From the NCBI GenBank assembly GCA_965221955.1, contig CBDCTA010000026.1:1-64000 (forward strand): DNA of 64,000 nt, in the 5' to 3' direction. The first letter of the stretch is position 1, and each line of letters begins with the position of its first letter. The notes beneath the pieces were generated by a model that saw only the letters and a list, made by a program, of their open reading frames with translations, was not told the origin of the DNA and made no database searches. Origin of the DNA: Gammaproteobacteria bacterium. GTDB lineage: Bacteria > Pseudomonadota > Gammaproteobacteria > UBA4575. Shown here in pieces: positions 41,044-53,263 of this stretch. The position numbers were made by a program, and so were the translations under genes.

Positions 41044-42069
41044 ATGAAGATTGAAAATGACAATTCCAAATTAAATCATATTGATGATAAAAAATTGTGG
41101 GATATTATTGCTGGTTTATCTGGTTATCATGCCGTTATTATTGCGTATAGATTAGATATTTTCTCAATTCTAAATGATAAACCAATGAATATTGCTGATT
41201 TATCAAAAATGTTAGATATAAAATTACGGCCCGCTGAAGCATTAGTAAATACAAATTTAAATTTGGGTTTGATTGAACTAAGTGACAATAAATTAAAGTT
41301 GTCTGATATCGGTAAAAAATATCTTGTTAAGTCCAGCGATACCTATTTTGGACCTATGTTTGAGCTTGTTTCTAAAAATGAGCTAAGTTTTGAAAAAGTA
41401 CATGATGCTGTTTTGTCAAATAAACCTCAGGAATATGGTTCGGGCGATATATTTGAGTCACATGAAAAAAAATTTGAGCTGGCTAAAAAGTTTACTGAAG
41501 CGATGCATAGCTTGAGCGTAGCGCCGGCTTCGTCATGGGTAGAAAAAATAGACTTGGGTGAGAGTTCAATACTTTTAGATATTGGTGGTGGGTCTGGAGC
41601 CCATACAATTTCTGCGCTGAAAAGATGGCCAAATCTTGAAGGCATAGTGTTTGATATTGAACCAGTCTGTGAGGTTTGTGAATTAATGTTTAGTAAAAAT
41701 AATTTAAATTCGCGTGCTTCTACATCTAGTGGTGATTTTTGGAATGATGGCTATCCTTTTTCTGATTTACATTTCTATTCGCAAATTTTTCATGATTGGC
41801 CAGAAGATAAATGCAAGTTTCTCGCAAAAAAGAGTTTTGATTCACTACCCAGTAAGGGAAAAATTATTATTCATGAAATGCTTTATGATGATGATAAGCA
41901 TGGACCATTTGTGGCTGCCGCGTGTAGTGTTGCATTGTTATCATGGACCGAAGGAAAGCAATATTCTGGTCTAGAAATTAAGGAGTTTCTTGAAGAAGCA
42001 GGTTTTGCTGATATTGATATAATTCCAACATTCGGTTATTGGAGTGTCATTGTCGGCACTAAACTTTAG
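41044..42069 (+). CDS. SAM-dependent O-methyltransferase (Methyltransf_2, with dimerisation domain)
   Basis: LLDIGGGSG, GDFW, FHDW motifs. Confidence 0.9.
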   Translation: MKIENDNSKLNHIDDKKLWDIIAGLSGYHAVIIAYRLDIFSILNDKPMNIADLSKMLDIKLRPAEALVNTNLNLGLIELSDNKLKLSDIGKKYLVKSSDTYFGPMFELVSKNELSFEKVHDAVLSNKPQEYGSGDIFESHEKKFELAKKFTEAMHSLSVAPASSWVEKIDLGESSILLDIGGGSGAHTISALKRWPNLEGIVFDIEPVCEVCELMFSKNNLNSRASTSSGDFWNDGYPFSDLHFYSQIFHDWPEDKCKFLAKKSFDSLPSKGKIIIHEMLYDDDKHGPFVAAACSVALLSWTEGKQYSGLEIKEFLEEAGFADIDIIPTFGYWSVIVGTKL

Positions 42070-42342
42070 CTAAAGTGCGCTTTAGTTTCTATAAATAAAT
42101 ATTAAATTTAGGTTGTTTCCATACATACTAATTTTTTATCCGTTTGTCATTGAAATCTTGTGATCCACGGTATCAATATTCCGATACGTGTTGTCTTTAA
42201 TTCTCGCCTAACTCCTTAAAATAAGGTGCATTAATTTGTATTTTCGCTTGCCGAGCGAGACGAAGTCTCGCCCCTAGATTAAATAAAATTCTATTTGGGA
42301 AAGTGAAGGGAATAAAAATGTACGACATCAAGGAGTGTCAGC

Positions 42343-44466
42343 ATGAAACATCTTACTTTTATAAATTACAATTTTTTATTAATTGTCACTTTATTATTTA
42401 GTGTAACGAATATTGCTTACGCTGATTATGATGACGATGAAGAAGAAGCACTTATTGAGCTATATGGAGATGAAGAAACTATTAGTATAGCTACAGGTAC
42501 AGCTCAACCGATATCACGTGCTCCAGCTGTGGCAACTGTTATAACAGCAAAAGATATTAAGGAAATGGGTGCTACAGATATTGATGAGGCGCTAGAGACA
42601 GTTCCAGGTCTGCACGTATCAAGAAACTTCTTTGCAAATGGTCCAATTTATACTTTCCGTGGTATTTATGCTGTGAGTAATCCACAAGTCTTGATGTTAG
42701 TAAATGGAATATCTGTAAATAATATTTGGCAAGGAGATAGAAGTCTTCTATGGGGAGGAATGCCTGTTGAAGCTATTTCGAGAATTGAAGTTATTCGAGG
42801 GCCTGGTTCTGCAGTCTATGGTGCAGATGCATTTTCGGGTGTAATTAATATCATTACTAAAGAGGCTGCAGAAATTGATGGTTTTGAATTTGGTTCTAGA
42901 GTTGGAAGTTTTGATACAAAAGATATTTGGGCATTGTATGGAGATAAAGTCAGGGGATTTGATGTTGCATTTTCTCTCGAAGGTAGACAGACAGATGGGC
43001 ATGATGAAGATATAGAATCTGATTTTCAGTCTTTCTTAGATGGTGTAACCGCAACAAATGCATCACTAGCTCCTGGATCTACGAATAATGAAAGGGATTG
43101 GATTGATGCTCGTTTAGATATTTCAAAGGGAAATTGGAAGTTTCGTGCTGGATTACAAAGTAGAGAGAATGTTGGTGCTGGTGTAGGTGCGGGGGAATCA
43201 CTAGATACAAATTCAGAATACAGCAGCAAAAGATGGAACGCAGATTTAACTTACAATAATAATAACTGGATCGAAAATTTAGATTTAACGTCACAACTTA
43301 GCTTTTTTAATTCAAGTCAGGAAGTTGATAAAGACCAAGTTTTATTTCCACCTGGTGCAATTGTGCCTGGATTAGGTGGTCCATTCCCAGAAGGATTAAT
43401 TGGTAATCCTGAGTTATGGGAAAGGCATATTCGATATTCTACCACAGCATTATTTAATGGTGTTCAAAATCATCAGATTAGAACAGGTATTGGTTATACA
43501 CATAGTGAAATATATAAGGTAAAAGAAGAGAAAAATTTTGGATTAGACGGAAACGGTGTACCGATTCCAATCGGGAGTTCTCCAGTTGATGTTTCAGATA
43601 CACCTGCAGTATTTTTGCCTGAAAAACACAGAAATAACAGTTTTATGTTTGTGCAAGATGTTTGGCAAATCAGTAATGATTGGGAGCTCACTGCTGGTTT
43701 ACGCTATGACGACTACAATGATTTTGGAGATACTTGGAATCCTCGTGCAGCACTTGTTTGGGCAGCAAGACATGATCTAACAGCAAAGCTGCTTTATGGT
43801 GAAGCGTTTCGTGCTCCTTCATTAGGTGAGTTTAGATTACAAAATAATCCAGTAACCCTTGGAAATGATGAATTAGACCCAGAAGAAATTAAAACGCTTG
43901 AGTTAGCATTTGATTATCGGCCAAAGGATAACTTAACACTTGGATTGAATTTATTTAAATACGAATGGGATGACATTATTCAATATGCACCTAACCCTAG
44001 TTTGCCTGTTGGCTCATTACAAGCACAAAATATTGGCGAACAAGAAGGTTATGGGTTTGAATTTGAATTTGATTGGAAAGTATCTAGAACCTTGAATATT
44101 TTAGGCAACTTTGCCCATCAAGATTCTGAAGATCAGACGACAGATGAAGACTCTGGTAATGCCCCAGAAAATCAATTCTATGTACGAACAAACTGGGAGT
44201 TTGCTCCTGGTTGGAGTCTATCACCACAATGGAATTTTGTAATGGAACGAAAGAGAGTTGATGGTGATATGCGAAGTAATATTGAAGACTATGATATGTT
44301 GGACCTTACTTTACGTCATAAGTCTTTTAATGGTCGTTGGGAAGTTGCTCTTTCTGGGCGAAATGTTTTAAACAAGCGTGCATTTGAACCTGCTAGCACT
44401 AGTATTCCTGGTGACTTACCTTTGGCACGAAGAAGCGTATGGGGGGAGTTGCGATTTAATTATTAA
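42343..44466 (+). CDS. TonB-dependent receptor
   Basis: Signal peptide, plug (APAVATVIT, VPGL, RIEVIRGPGSAVYGADA..GVINIIT), barrel, C-terminal aromatic; AAGGAG RBS. Confidence 0.93.
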   Translation: MKHLTFINYNFLLIVTLLFSVTNIAYADYDDDEEEALIELYGDEETISIATGTAQPISRAPAVATVITAKDIKEMGATDIDEALETVPGLHVSRNFFANGPIYTFRGIYAVSNPQVLMLVNGISVNNIWQGDRSLLWGGMPVEAISRIEVIRGPGSAVYGADAFSGVINIITKEAAEIDGFEFGSRVGSFDTKDIWALYGDKVRGFDVAFSLEGRQTDGHDEDIESDFQSFLDGVTATNASLAPGSTNNERDWIDARLDISKGNWKFRAGLQSRENVGAGVGAGESLDTNSEYSSKRWNADLTYNNNNWIENLDLTSQLSFFNSSQEVDKDQVLFPPGAIVPGLGGPFPEGLIGNPELWERHIRYSTTALFNGVQNHQIRTGIGYTHSEIYKVKEEKNFGLDGNGVPIPIGSSPVDVSDTPAVFLPEKHRNNSFMFVQDVWQISNDWELTAGLRYDDYNDFGDTWNPRAALVWAARHDLTAKLLYGEAFRAPSLGEFRLQNNPVTLGNDELDPEEIKTLELAFDYRPKDNLTLGLNLFKYEWDDIIQYAPNPSLPVGSLQAQNIGEQEGYGFEFEFDWKVSRTLNILGNFAHQDSEDQTTDEDSGNAPENQFYVRTNWEFAPGWSLSPQWNFVMERKRVDGDMRSNIEDYDMLDLTLRHKSFNGRWEVALSGRNVLNKRAFEPASTSIPGDLPLARRSVWGELRFNY

Positions 44467-44508
44467 TCAAACTAAAAATTAAATTTGTTTTGATTAGTAG
44501 TTACAACA

Positions 44509-45477
44509 TTGCGTAACACTCACTTTAATCGATACTTAGTGTCTCTATATGGCGTGAAAAATGCCGTATGGAGTTTTTTGCTATTTACGATATTAATTTC
44601 CTTTCCTAGTTTTGCGGCAACTCCTTCCGTTGCGGTGATCTACCCAGAATTACGTGCACCTTACAACAAAATTTACGACGACATTGCAGAAGGTGTAGAA
44701 AAACATGCCAATGGTCAAACGAAAAGATATAAGTTAACAAAAAACTATTCTCCACAAAAACTTAACGAATGGGTTGAAAGAAACAATATAAAAGTTGCTG
44801 TTGCACTTGGAAAAGGTGGCGAAAAAGCAATTGGGCAATTAACGCAAAACATTCCCGTTGTGTTAAGTGGCGTATTAAAACCTAAGTCACCTAATTATTA
44901 TGGTATCTCTTTAGCAGCATCACCCGATAAATTATTTAAAGAACTAAAAAAACAAAATTCGGAAATTAAACGAGTCATCGTTGTTTACAACCCTAAGAAA
45001 ACCGAATGGCTTATTCGTCAGGCGAAAACTGATGCAATTAATAATAATTTAGAGCTCATTACCTTTACGACAATGAGTCTTTCAGAGTCTGCAAAAATTT
45101 ATCGTGAAGTGTTTACGAGATCTGACATCAATATATCAGCAATTTGGTTGCCCCCGGACAGGTATTCAGTAGATAACAAGGCAATCCTATCTTACATTCT
45201 TGAGCAGTCTTGGGCGAAAAATGTGGCAGTGTTTTCAAGCAGTCCAGCCCATGTAAACAAAGGTGTTTTATTTGCAATGTATCCTGACAACAAAAAACTG
45301 GGAGAAAGTTTGGGTGCGTATGCATTGGATGAGCTTAATGGTGATTCAAAATTGGACAAGATGATTCCTGTTGAAGATCTAAAAATTGCATTTAATAGAC
45401 GAACAGCAGAACACCTAGGCATTAAATTTAGAACTGATGATTTGCGTCGATATGATGCAGTTTTTCCAGCAGAGTAA
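44509..45477 (+). CDS. Periplasmic ABC-type substrate-binding-like protein associated with the sensor
   Basis: Signal peptide, AVALG, AIWLPPD, GVLFAMYPD, N..TAEHLGI; start uncertain. Confidence 0.75.
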   Translation: MRNTHFNRYLVSLYGVKNAVWSFLLFTILISFPSFAATPSVAVIYPELRAPYNKIYDDIAEGVEKHANGQTKRYKLTKNYSPQKLNEWVERNNIKVAVALGKGGEKAIGQLTQNIPVVLSGVLKPKSPNYYGISLAASPDKLFKELKKQNSEIKRVIVVYNPKKTEWLIRQAKTDAINNNLELITFTTMSLSESAKIYREVFTRSDINISAIWLPPDRYSVDNKAILSYILEQSWAKNVAVFSSSPAHVNKGVLFAMYPDNKKLGESLGAYALDELNGDSKLDKMIPVEDLKIAFNRRTAEHLGIKFRTDDLRRYDAVFPAE

Positions 45478-45480
45478 GTA

Positions 45481-48400
45481 ATGATTCATCCAATTAAAAT
45501 ATTTAAGCAATTTTATACGAGTGGTTTTAAAGAGCAACTTGTTACTACTTTTTTGATTGGCATTTTCATTACTGCTGCGTTATCAACCTATTTAATTTCT
45601 TCATTTACTTCGAGCAAGGTTGAAGAAAAAGTTGAAAACGAAGGGTTTCAAATCACACGCGATTTTGCAGATAGAAACACTTTGGCATTACTATATTTTA
45701 GTGAAGAAAGTGCAAGAGAAAATGTAGAAGCAATTAAAAATTTCCCAGATGTTAAAGGTGTTGCGGTATACGATGCTCAGAAGAAACCATTAATTGAAGA
45801 TGGTGAAAATACATTTTCAAAGGAGGGTGAAAACTGGCCAACGGAAATGAAATTAATTTCTGAAACGAAAGATGATTGGTATTTTGCATCACCTGTATAT
45901 GCGCGAGGCACCGATCCTGTTATTGCGGAATCACCTTTCATTGATACTGATGAAGTAGAAGAGCGTGAGTTATTGGGTTATGTGCGTGTGCATATGAGCA
46001 AAGAAAGTCTGCATGCTCTCGAAAATACTATCCTAAAAATAACTATCATGATCACGTTAGTGTTGTCTGTGATTTTAGCTGTAGTGCTGTGGACAACAAC
46101 GGACCGCGTTGTTAAACCACTTAAACAATTGGCCGGATTTATGCGTGAAGCAGAAGAAGGGAATATGGGTATCCGCTCTGAGCTATGGGGCCCTAGAGAT
46201 ATTACTAAAATGCAGAATGCATTTAATACGATGATCAAAGCATTGGGAGATCGTGAGCATAATTTAGAAAGTGCACGCCAATCTGCGCTTCAATATGCGC
46301 ATGCTAAAGGAGAGTTTGCAGCAAACGTAAGCCATGAGTTGCGTACTCCTTTAAATGGTATTATTGGCATGCTCGATATTCTTAAAGATACAGAATTAAG
46401 TGCTAAGCAAAAAGAATATGTAAATGTTGCACAAGATTCAGGAGATGCGCTTCTTAGCTTGATTGATGATGTGCTCAATTTTTCTAGAATGGATTCTGGA
46501 AAGATTGAGATTGAACACGAGCAGTTTAATTTGCGTGAAATGTTGGATGACATTATTGGTATTTTAACGGGTCATGCGTCATCAAAAGATCTTGATCTCG
46601 CATACATCATTGATAAAAACGTACCGAGCCATCTCAAAGGTGATGTGAGCCGTATTCGTCAGTTGTTAATCAACTTAGGTGGGAATGCTGTTAAGTTCAC
46701 TGAAAAAGGTGAGATAGGATTCCAAGTGAGTAAAGCTGCGGTGCAAAGTCGTCATTTAGTTTTGAGATTCGAAGTACGTGATACTGGAGTTGGGATTACT
46801 GAAGATGCACAAAATAAGATTTTTGAAGCATTTCAACAAGCTGATGCGTCTACAACCAAGAAATTTGGTGGCACAGGGTTAGGGCTGGCAATTTGTAAAC
46901 AATTAGTTGAATCCATGCGCGGGGAAATTGGAGTTGAAAGTGAAGCTGGTAAAGGTAGTACTTTCTGGTTTGAAATTCCATTTAAAGAAATGCCATCAAC
47001 TGTAAACACATTAGACGTGAGGCACTCCACAGCTTCGGGATTGCGTATTTTTATAGTTGATGACAGTGAAATGGTGCGTGAGAATTTACAACAAACTTTT
47101 GAAGGATGGGGTGCTTTTGTTGGTAGTGCAAAGAGTGGTAATGAAGCAGTAGAGCTTTTGCGTTCCGCAAGTGAGCGTAAAAGGCCATTTGATGTCGCTT
47201 TTATAGACGAATTAATGGGTGATTCGAATGGTATTGAGTTGATTCGTTCTATTACGAAAGATGCAAGTATTGCACCGATGAAATTAGTGTTAATGACAAA
47301 TCAAATTAATCCAGAGGCATTTATAGACCGTTTTAGAGAGATTGATGCTTATGTTAAAAAACCATTGCGTCAGTCAAACGTATTCAATTGCATCGCTGAT
47401 TTAATCAATATGCCTGTGGTGCAACATACAGATAAAAATGACATTGCTCCAGGTGCAACAGATATACCTAATTTCAATGCTACTTTATTAATTGTTGAAG
47501 ATAATCGTGCTAACCAACAAGTCGCACAAGCTATGTTCGAAAGGCTTGGTTGTAAATGTTCGATCGCAAGTAATGGAATTGAAGCATTAAAGTTATTAGA
47601 ACAAGCGGAATACGATGCGGTATTTATGGATTGCAATATGCCTGAGATGGATGGCTATGAAACTACAAACAAAATAAGGCAACTACCGAGTGAAATTTCG
47701 CAGATTCCAATTATTGCAATGACGGCAAACGTGCTTAAAGGTGATCGTGAAAAATGTATCCAGTCAGGTATGAACGATTACACAAAGAAACCATTGAAGC
47801 TTGAAAAACTGATTGAAAAACTCAGCCGTTGGGTTGGTGAAGGGTCTATTGAGAAATATACAGAAGAAGAGAGCTCGTTGATTACTTTGATAGAAGATTC
47901 TGCATTAGTAGACACTGCAGAGCATCATGCCATTGATAGAGATACGGTAGATATATTGAAAGAAAACGTTGGTGATGGTTTCAATGACATGGTCCAAGTT
48001 TATATTGATGACATGGAGATTCTGCTTCGTTCGCTTGAAAAGAGTGTGCAAGAAAAAGACCCAAGTTCATTGCGGCATTATGCGCATAGTATAAAAGGCA
48101 GTAGTTCAAACTTCGGTGCGAGTAGATTAGTGCATCTTGCGAAGCAGCTTGAGGCAATTGGTAAAAATGATTCTGTAGAGGGTGCACATGATTTAGTTCA
48201 AGCAATATTCCCTCAGGCTGCATTTGTTATTAGTGAATTAAGGAAAGAAATTAATTTAACAAAAGAAGACACCCTGTTAATGCAAAAGAGCACAGAGAAG
48301 ATTCTTATTGCAGATGACGACCGAAGTATGCGCGTGGCTTTACAAAATGTTTTGGCGACAGATGGTTACGAAATTGAATCAGTTGCGGATGGTATAGAGG

Positions 48401-50001
48401 CTGTTAAACGCTGTGAGCAAGATATGCCAGGATTAATTTTATTGGATGCCATGATGCCTAATTTAAATGGTTTCGATGCATGTAAAAAAATACGCATGTT
48501 AAGGGGTGGTAAACATGTACCTATTCTAATTGTTACTGCATTAGAAGATGATAGTTCTATCGAAGAAGCATTTGATTCGGGCGCAACAGACTTTATCTCA
48601 AAGCCTGTTCATTTTGCTGTAATGCGACAACGCGTTTCACGCTTATTGAAGGCGAGTCGTGCTGAAGTGCATGTGCGTGAGTTGGCCTATAACGACTCCC
48701 TTACTGGGTTGCCAAATCGAACCATGTTTATTGACCAGATGAATAAACTGATTAAGAAAGTACGCCCGCAAGCCCATATGTTGGCTGTGTTGTTTTTAGA
48801 TTTGGATCGCTTTAAATATGTAAACGACTCATTGGGTCACAGCGTTGGGGATATGTTATTAAAACAAGTTGCTGAAAGAATACTAAGTTGTGTGCGTTCG
48901 GCAGATACTGTGGCAAGGTTGGGTGGAGATGAGTTCACCTTGGCATTAGATGGCATAGAAGATAAAAGTGTAGTCGCAAATATAGCGGATAAGATTTGTC
49001 GTCGAGTAGGGGAACCTTATTCATTTGCAGGCAAAGAAATATATGTCTCAGCGAGTATTGGTATTTCATTGCACCCTGATGATGGGACCAATATTGGTGA
49101 ATTGATGAAGCGCGCTGATACCGCAATGTTCAAAGCTAAAGAGCGCGGCGGGAGTTTCTTATTCTATGAGCCCGAAATGGAAGCGGTAGTAACCAACAAA
49201 GTAGAAATTGAACAAGACTTGCGTCACTCATTAGACCGAGAAGAGCTGGATGTTTTCTATCAACCTAAGTTAAATTTACAAACCTCTAAGGTCGAGGGTC
49301 TAGAAGCTCTAGTTAGATGGAATCATCCTGAAAAAGGGCAAGTTGGACCAAATGATTTTATTCCATTAGCAGAAGAGACGGGGCTGATATCTGAAGTGGG
49401 ATTATGGGTGTTAATTAGTTCGTGTGTGCAAATGCAATCTTGGATTGATAAAGGTTATGACCCTATGCCTGTGTCGGTAAACCTATCTGGCAGACAACTT
49501 GAAAATGGCGATATTGCTGCGCAAGTTGCACACGTATTAGCAGAGTCAGGCTTAAAGCCCGAATATTTAGAGTTAGAAATAACTGAAAGCATCATTATGA
49601 AACGCCCTGAAGAAGTGATTTCAATTCTGCATCAATTAAAAGCGATGGGCGTAAAACTTTCGATTGATGATTTTGGTACAGGGTATTCGTCACTAAATTA
49701 TTTGCGCAAATTCCCGATTGATTTGCTTAAGATTGATAAAGCCTTTATACGCGATGTTGCTACGAACAAAGAAGATCGTTTAATCGTTAAGGGAATTATT
49801 GCTTTAGCCAAGAGTTTAAATCTCGAGGTTTTAGCAGAGGGAGTTGAAACAATTGAGCAACAAACCTTCCTCAGAGACGAAGGCTGTGACTATATTCAGG
49901 GCTACTATATTGGTAAACCGATGAAGAGCAGCGATTTTGAACAAGAGTTTATTCTTTCTAACCGCAGCAACATTGAATTGATCTCAAATTATCGCAAGTA
50001 A
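45481..50001 (+). CDS. Hybrid sensor kinase / c-di-GMP enzyme: TM-HAMP-HisKA-HATPase-REC-REC-HPt-REC-GGDEF-EAL
   Basis: [22 protein letters not shown], three receiver domains, [30 protein letters not shown]. Confidence 0.95.
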   Translation: MIHPIKIFKQFYTSGFKEQLVTTFLIGIFITAALSTYLISSFTSSKVEEKVENEGFQITRDFADRNTLALLYFSEESARENVEAIKNFPDVKGVAVYDAQKKPLIEDGENTFSKEGENWPTEMKLISETKDDWYFASPVYARGTDPVIAESPFIDTDEVEERELLGYVRVHMSKESLHALENTILKITIMITLVLSVILAVVLWTTTDRVVKPLKQLAGFMREAEEGNMGIRSELWGPRDITKMQNAFNTMIKALGDREHNLESARQSALQYAHAKGEFAANVSHELRTPLNGIIGMLDILKDTELSAKQKEYVNVAQDSGDALLSLIDDVLNFSRMDSGKIEIEHEQFNLREMLDDIIGILTGHASSKDLDLAYIIDKNVPSHLKGDVSRIRQLLINLGGNAVKFTEKGEIGFQVSKAAVQSRHLVLRFEVRDTGVGITEDAQNKIFEAFQQADASTTKKFGGTGLGLAICKQLVESMRGEIGVESEAGKGSTFWFEIPFKEMPSTVNTLDVRHSTASGLRIFIVDDSEMVRENLQQTFEGWGAFVGSAKSGNEAVELLRSASERKRPFDVAFIDELMGDSNGIELIRSITKDASIAPMKLVLMTNQINPEAFIDRFREIDAYVKKPLRQSNVFNCIADLINMPVVQHTDKNDIAPGATDIPNFNATLLIVEDNRANQQVAQAMFERLGCKCSIASNGIEALKLLEQAEYDAVFMDCNMPEMDGYETTNKIRQLPSEISQIPIIAMTANVLKGDREKCIQSGMNDYTKKPLKLEKLIEKLSRWVGEGSIEKYTEEESSLITLIEDSALVDTAEHHAIDRDTVDILKENVGDGFNDMVQVYIDDMEILLRSLEKSVQEKDPSSLRHYAHSIKGSSSNFGASRLVHLAKQLEAIGKNDSVEGAHDLVQAIFPQAAFVISELRKEINLTKEDTLLMQKSTEKILIADDDRSMRVALQNVLATDGYEIESVADGIEAVKRCEQDMPGLILLDAMMPNLNGFDACKKIRMLRGGKHVPILIVTALEDDSSIEEAFDSGATDFISKPVHFAVMRQRVSRLLKASRAEVHVRELAYNDSLTGLPNRTMFIDQMNKLIKKVRPQAHMLAVLFLDLDRFKYVNDSLGHSVGDMLLKQVAERILSCVRSADTVARLGGDEFTLALDGIEDKSVVANIADKICRRVGEPYSFAGKEIYVSASIGISLHPDDGTNIGELMKRADTAMFKAKERGGSFLFYEPEMEAVVTNKVEIEQDLRHSLDREELDVFYQPKLNLQTSKVEGLEALVRWNHPEKGQVGPNDFIPLAEETGLISEVGLWVLISSCVQMQSWIDKGYDPMPVSVNLSGRQLENGDIAAQVAHVLAESGLKPEYLELEITESIIMKRPEEVISILHQLKAMGVKLSIDDFGTGYSSLNYLRKFPIDLLKIDKAFIRDVATNKEDRLIVKGIIALAKSLNLEVLAEGVETIEQQTFLRDEGCDYIQGYYIGKPMKSSDFEQEFILSNRSNIELISNYRK

Positions 50002-50510
50002 AAATTGGATAAAATTTAGCCATCCTGTTTTACGGTTTGCGGTAATTCCCTAAATTTTTCAAGTAAAAATTAAAGAGTAAGTTATTAACCATATCTATTT
50101 TATGGTTATATTGCTTATTTTGTGATATCTCCAGCACAGTGAGTGTCCAAATATCCGCTTACACTCGGATTATTACAAATACCTTTTGGAAAATGTCATC
50201 TTCACTGGAAATCATAATTTGCTTACACAAATGCTTGCAAAGTATTGGTTTGCTAGTGTAGTTTAGCGTTCTTGTCATCTACCACTATATAGGCATTCAG
50301 CTGGTCTAGTGGTATTACAATAAATAGAAGAAAGCTGGCATACATTAAACACAAGACTTTTTTAAACTAGGTACTGGTAGTGGGGTTTTGAACCATGTTC
50401 AAAACTGGTTAGTTGTCACATAAATTGTGATACTAATAGCACTGATAGATAATAACTATAATTTAGTTACCAGTAATCAGATGGAGCGAATAGGGGTTTG
50501 AATTTTTAGC

Positions 50511-52388
50511 ATGGATACATTTCCTAGTCTTTTCTTACAACAAACCAGAACAAGATCTAACGATCTAGCGATTCGATATAAACATCATGGATTATGGAAA
50601 TCGTGGACATGGAGTGATGTAAACACCAATGTTACTGAGCTTGCATGTGGTCTTGCATCTAAAGGATTAAAGCCAAACGAAAATGTTGCCATCATAGGTA
50701 ACAACATCCCACAACTTTATTTCGCAATGATCGCGGTGCAGTGTTTAGGTGCAGTACCTGTTCCTATTCATCCAGATTCAAATACACAAGAACTTGTTAC
50801 TTTTTTAAATAACTGTGAAGCGAAGTTTGCAATCGTTCAAGATCAGCAGCAAGTAGATGCGCTTTACGATGTGATAGATAGGTGTGAAAACTTAGAAGAG
50901 ATTATATACAACGATGGTCGTGGCATGACGGAATATGACCATTCACACTTAAGTAGTTTTGAAGAAATGCAGGAAATGGGTAAAAAGTTTGCTCAAGAAC
51001 ATGTCAGTTTTTTTGAAGATGTCACATCAAAAGTTACACAAGATTCCGACGCTTTCATACTTTACACAGCAGGCACATCGGGAACTGCACGCGGAGCTGT
51101 GCATACGCATGGTAGTTTAGTTAATACGGGTATGGCGTTTGCTAGCCAAGAGAAGATTAAACAAGATGAACAAGTGTTAGCATTTTTGCCTCTCTCTTAT
51201 GCGGCAAATACATTATTTACCTATACGCTTTGGTTGTTGAAAGGGTTCACTATCAATTGCCCTGAAAGTAACGAAACTATTATGAATGATCTTCGTGAAA
51301 TAGGTCCGACATTAATTTACGCACCACCACATTTTTACAAACAGCTTCATGCAGAAATCACATGGAGAGGGCAAAGGTCTTCGACATATTGGTTTGATAA
51401 ATGGTTCAGGATTGCTACTAAAAATAGACAAAAGTTTTTAAACGGAGAAAACTTGTCCCTAGTTGATAAGATTAAATGGGGCATGGGACAGCTTTTAATG
51501 TATCAGCCATTAAAAAATGTTTTTGGTTTAAGCAAACTTCGAAAAGCATATGTTGGCGGAGATATGCTGAATAGTGAAGTATTTAATTTTTTACGTTCTA
51601 TAGGCGTTCATATTAAAAAAACATATGGGACAACAGAAAGTGCAGGCTTCATTAGTATTCAAGGGTGGGAGCAGTTAAATACTCCTGCGGGCGAGTATAT
51701 TTTGGGTAAACCTTTGTCTGGAATTGATGTTAAGAAACTAGATAATGGTGAAATAGTTTTTAGAGGAATTAATGCATTTAAAGAATATTGCAATGATCCT
51801 GAGGCTACAGCAGCAGTAAAGGATTCTGATGGTTGGGTTAGAACAGGTGATGCTGGAGATATTGATAGTATAGGTGCAATTAGAATAACAGATCGAGTAG
51901 ATGCAATTGGCAAGTTTAGCAATGGTGAAAGTTTTGCCCCACATCTTGTAGAAAATGCATTGAAGTCTTCTCCTTATATTCAAGAAGCTGTTGCGGTTGG
52001 AGAAGGGCATGATGCTATTGTGGCATTTATAGTAATTGATGGGGTTACAGTTGGTAGTTGGGCAGAAGTAAATAATGTTCGCTTTGCTGGATATAAAGAT
52101 TTAGCAACACAGAAAGAAGTTTATGACTTAGTAAAGAAAACAGTCGAAGATGTAAATGCTCATATGGGTCAAATTGAAGGTGAGCATTGTCCACGAATTT
52201 CTCGATTTGTATTAATGCATAGAGAATTCTTGGTAGATCAAGGTGAGATTACAAGATCACGTAAAATTAAACGCGATGTGGTAATGGGAACGCATCAAGC
52301 ATTAGTAAATGCCATGTATTCAGCGCAACAGAAAGTTGAAATTTCAGAGGCAGGTCAAACTGCAGAGTTAAGAATTGAATCTACCTAA
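50511..52388 (+). CDS. Long-chain acyl-CoA synthetase (AMP-binding)
   Basis: YTAGTSG, YGTTE, GWVRTGD, ITDR, ENALKSSPYI, GEITRSRK. Confidence 0.88.
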   Translation: MDTFPSLFLQQTRTRSNDLAIRYKHHGLWKSWTWSDVNTNVTELACGLASKGLKPNENVAIIGNNIPQLYFAMIAVQCLGAVPVPIHPDSNTQELVTFLNNCEAKFAIVQDQQQVDALYDVIDRCENLEEIIYNDGRGMTEYDHSHLSSFEEMQEMGKKFAQEHVSFFEDVTSKVTQDSDAFILYTAGTSGTARGAVHTHGSLVNTGMAFASQEKIKQDEQVLAFLPLSYAANTLFTYTLWLLKGFTINCPESNETIMNDLREIGPTLIYAPPHFYKQLHAEITWRGQRSSTYWFDKWFRIATKNRQKFLNGENLSLVDKIKWGMGQLLMYQPLKNVFGLSKLRKAYVGGDMLNSEVFNFLRSIGVHIKKTYGTTESAGFISIQGWEQLNTPAGEYILGKPLSGIDVKKLDNGEIVFRGINAFKEYCNDPEATAAVKDSDGWVRTGDAGDIDSIGAIRITDRVDAIGKFSNGESFAPHLVENALKSSPYIQEAVAVGEGHDAIVAFIVIDGVTVGSWAEVNNVRFAGYKDLATQKEVYDLVKKTVEDVNAHMGQIEGEHCPRISRFVLMHREFLVDQGEITRSRKIKRDVVMGTHQALVNAMYSAQQKVEISEAGQTAELRIEST

Positions 52389-52433
52389 GTTAAATAAGAT
52401 TAAAAAGTAAAAACATATAGCTGGAAGTTATAA

Positions 52434-53225
52434 GTGAGTAGTATAGCAAACGGAAAAGAACCACATATGGTGATCGAGAATATCGATCTAGCATTTGGTG
52501 GTACAAAAGCAATTACTGATATCAGTTTCACTGTTTATAAAGGTGAAATTTGTGCCGTAATAGGACCTAATGGTGCAGGTAAAAGCTCTATGTTGAATGT
52601 AATTAATGGTGTTTATATTCCGCAACAAGGTTCCATTACCTATGAAGGTAAAAAATTCAACAAGATGAAACCACACTCTGCTGCGGTAATGGGTATCGGC
52701 CGTACTTTCCAAAATATTGCGTTGTTCTCAGGAATGTCTGTTGTTGAAAATATCATGACAGGTCGAAATCTGATGATGAAATCAACTTGGATTGAAAATG
52801 CACTAGGTATTGGTCGTAGTAAAAGAGAAGAGCTAGAGCATAGAGAGGCTTGTGAAGAAATTATTGAGTTCTTGGGTTTGCAATCCATTCGCAAAACTCA
52901 AGTTTCTGCATTGTCATATGGATTGCAAAAACGTGTAGAACTTGGTCGTGCCTTAGCTGCTGAGCCAAATATGTTGTTGCTTGATGAGCCGATTGCTGGG
53001 ATGAACATTGATGAAAAGCTAGATATGGCATGTTTTATCCAGGAAATAAATCGAAATAAAGGCACTACTATCGTGCTTATTGAACATGATATGGGTGTAG
53101 TAATGGATATCTCAGATCATGTTGTTGTAATGGACTATGGTGAAAAAATTGGTGATGGCACACCTGAAGAAGTTAAAAATAATCAAAAAGTAATTGATGC
53201 ATACTTAGGTGTCAGTCATGACTAA
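52434..53225 (+). CDS. Liv-type ABC transporter ATP-binding subunit (LivG-like)
   Basis: GPNGAGKS, RTFQ, LSYGLQKRVELGRAL, LLDEP, IEHDM. Confidence 0.93.
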   Translation: MSSIANGKEPHMVIENIDLAFGGTKAITDISFTVYKGEICAVIGPNGAGKSSMLNVINGVYIPQQGSITYEGKKFNKMKPHSAAVMGIGRTFQNIALFSGMSVVENIMTGRNLMMKSTWIENALGIGRSKREELEHREACEEIIEFLGLQSIRKTQVSALSYGLQKRVELGRALAAEPNMLLLDEPIAGMNIDEKLDMACFIQEINRNKGTTIVLIEHDMGVVMDISDHVVVMDYGEKIGDGTPEEVKNNQKVIDAYLGVSHD

Positions 53226-53263
53226 TCGACAACTTAAGTGTATAGCTTAGTAGGAGCGCAAGA

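Noticed and set aside
42246-42310. Hairpin GCGAGAC-GAA-GTCTCGC upstream of the TonB receptor as a cobalamin or c-di-GMP riboswitch
   Set aside because: Conserved aptamer motifs could not be identified by eye; an Rfam search is needed.
50150-50179. AATATCCGCT half-match to the cassette site
   Set aside because: No right arm or core match.
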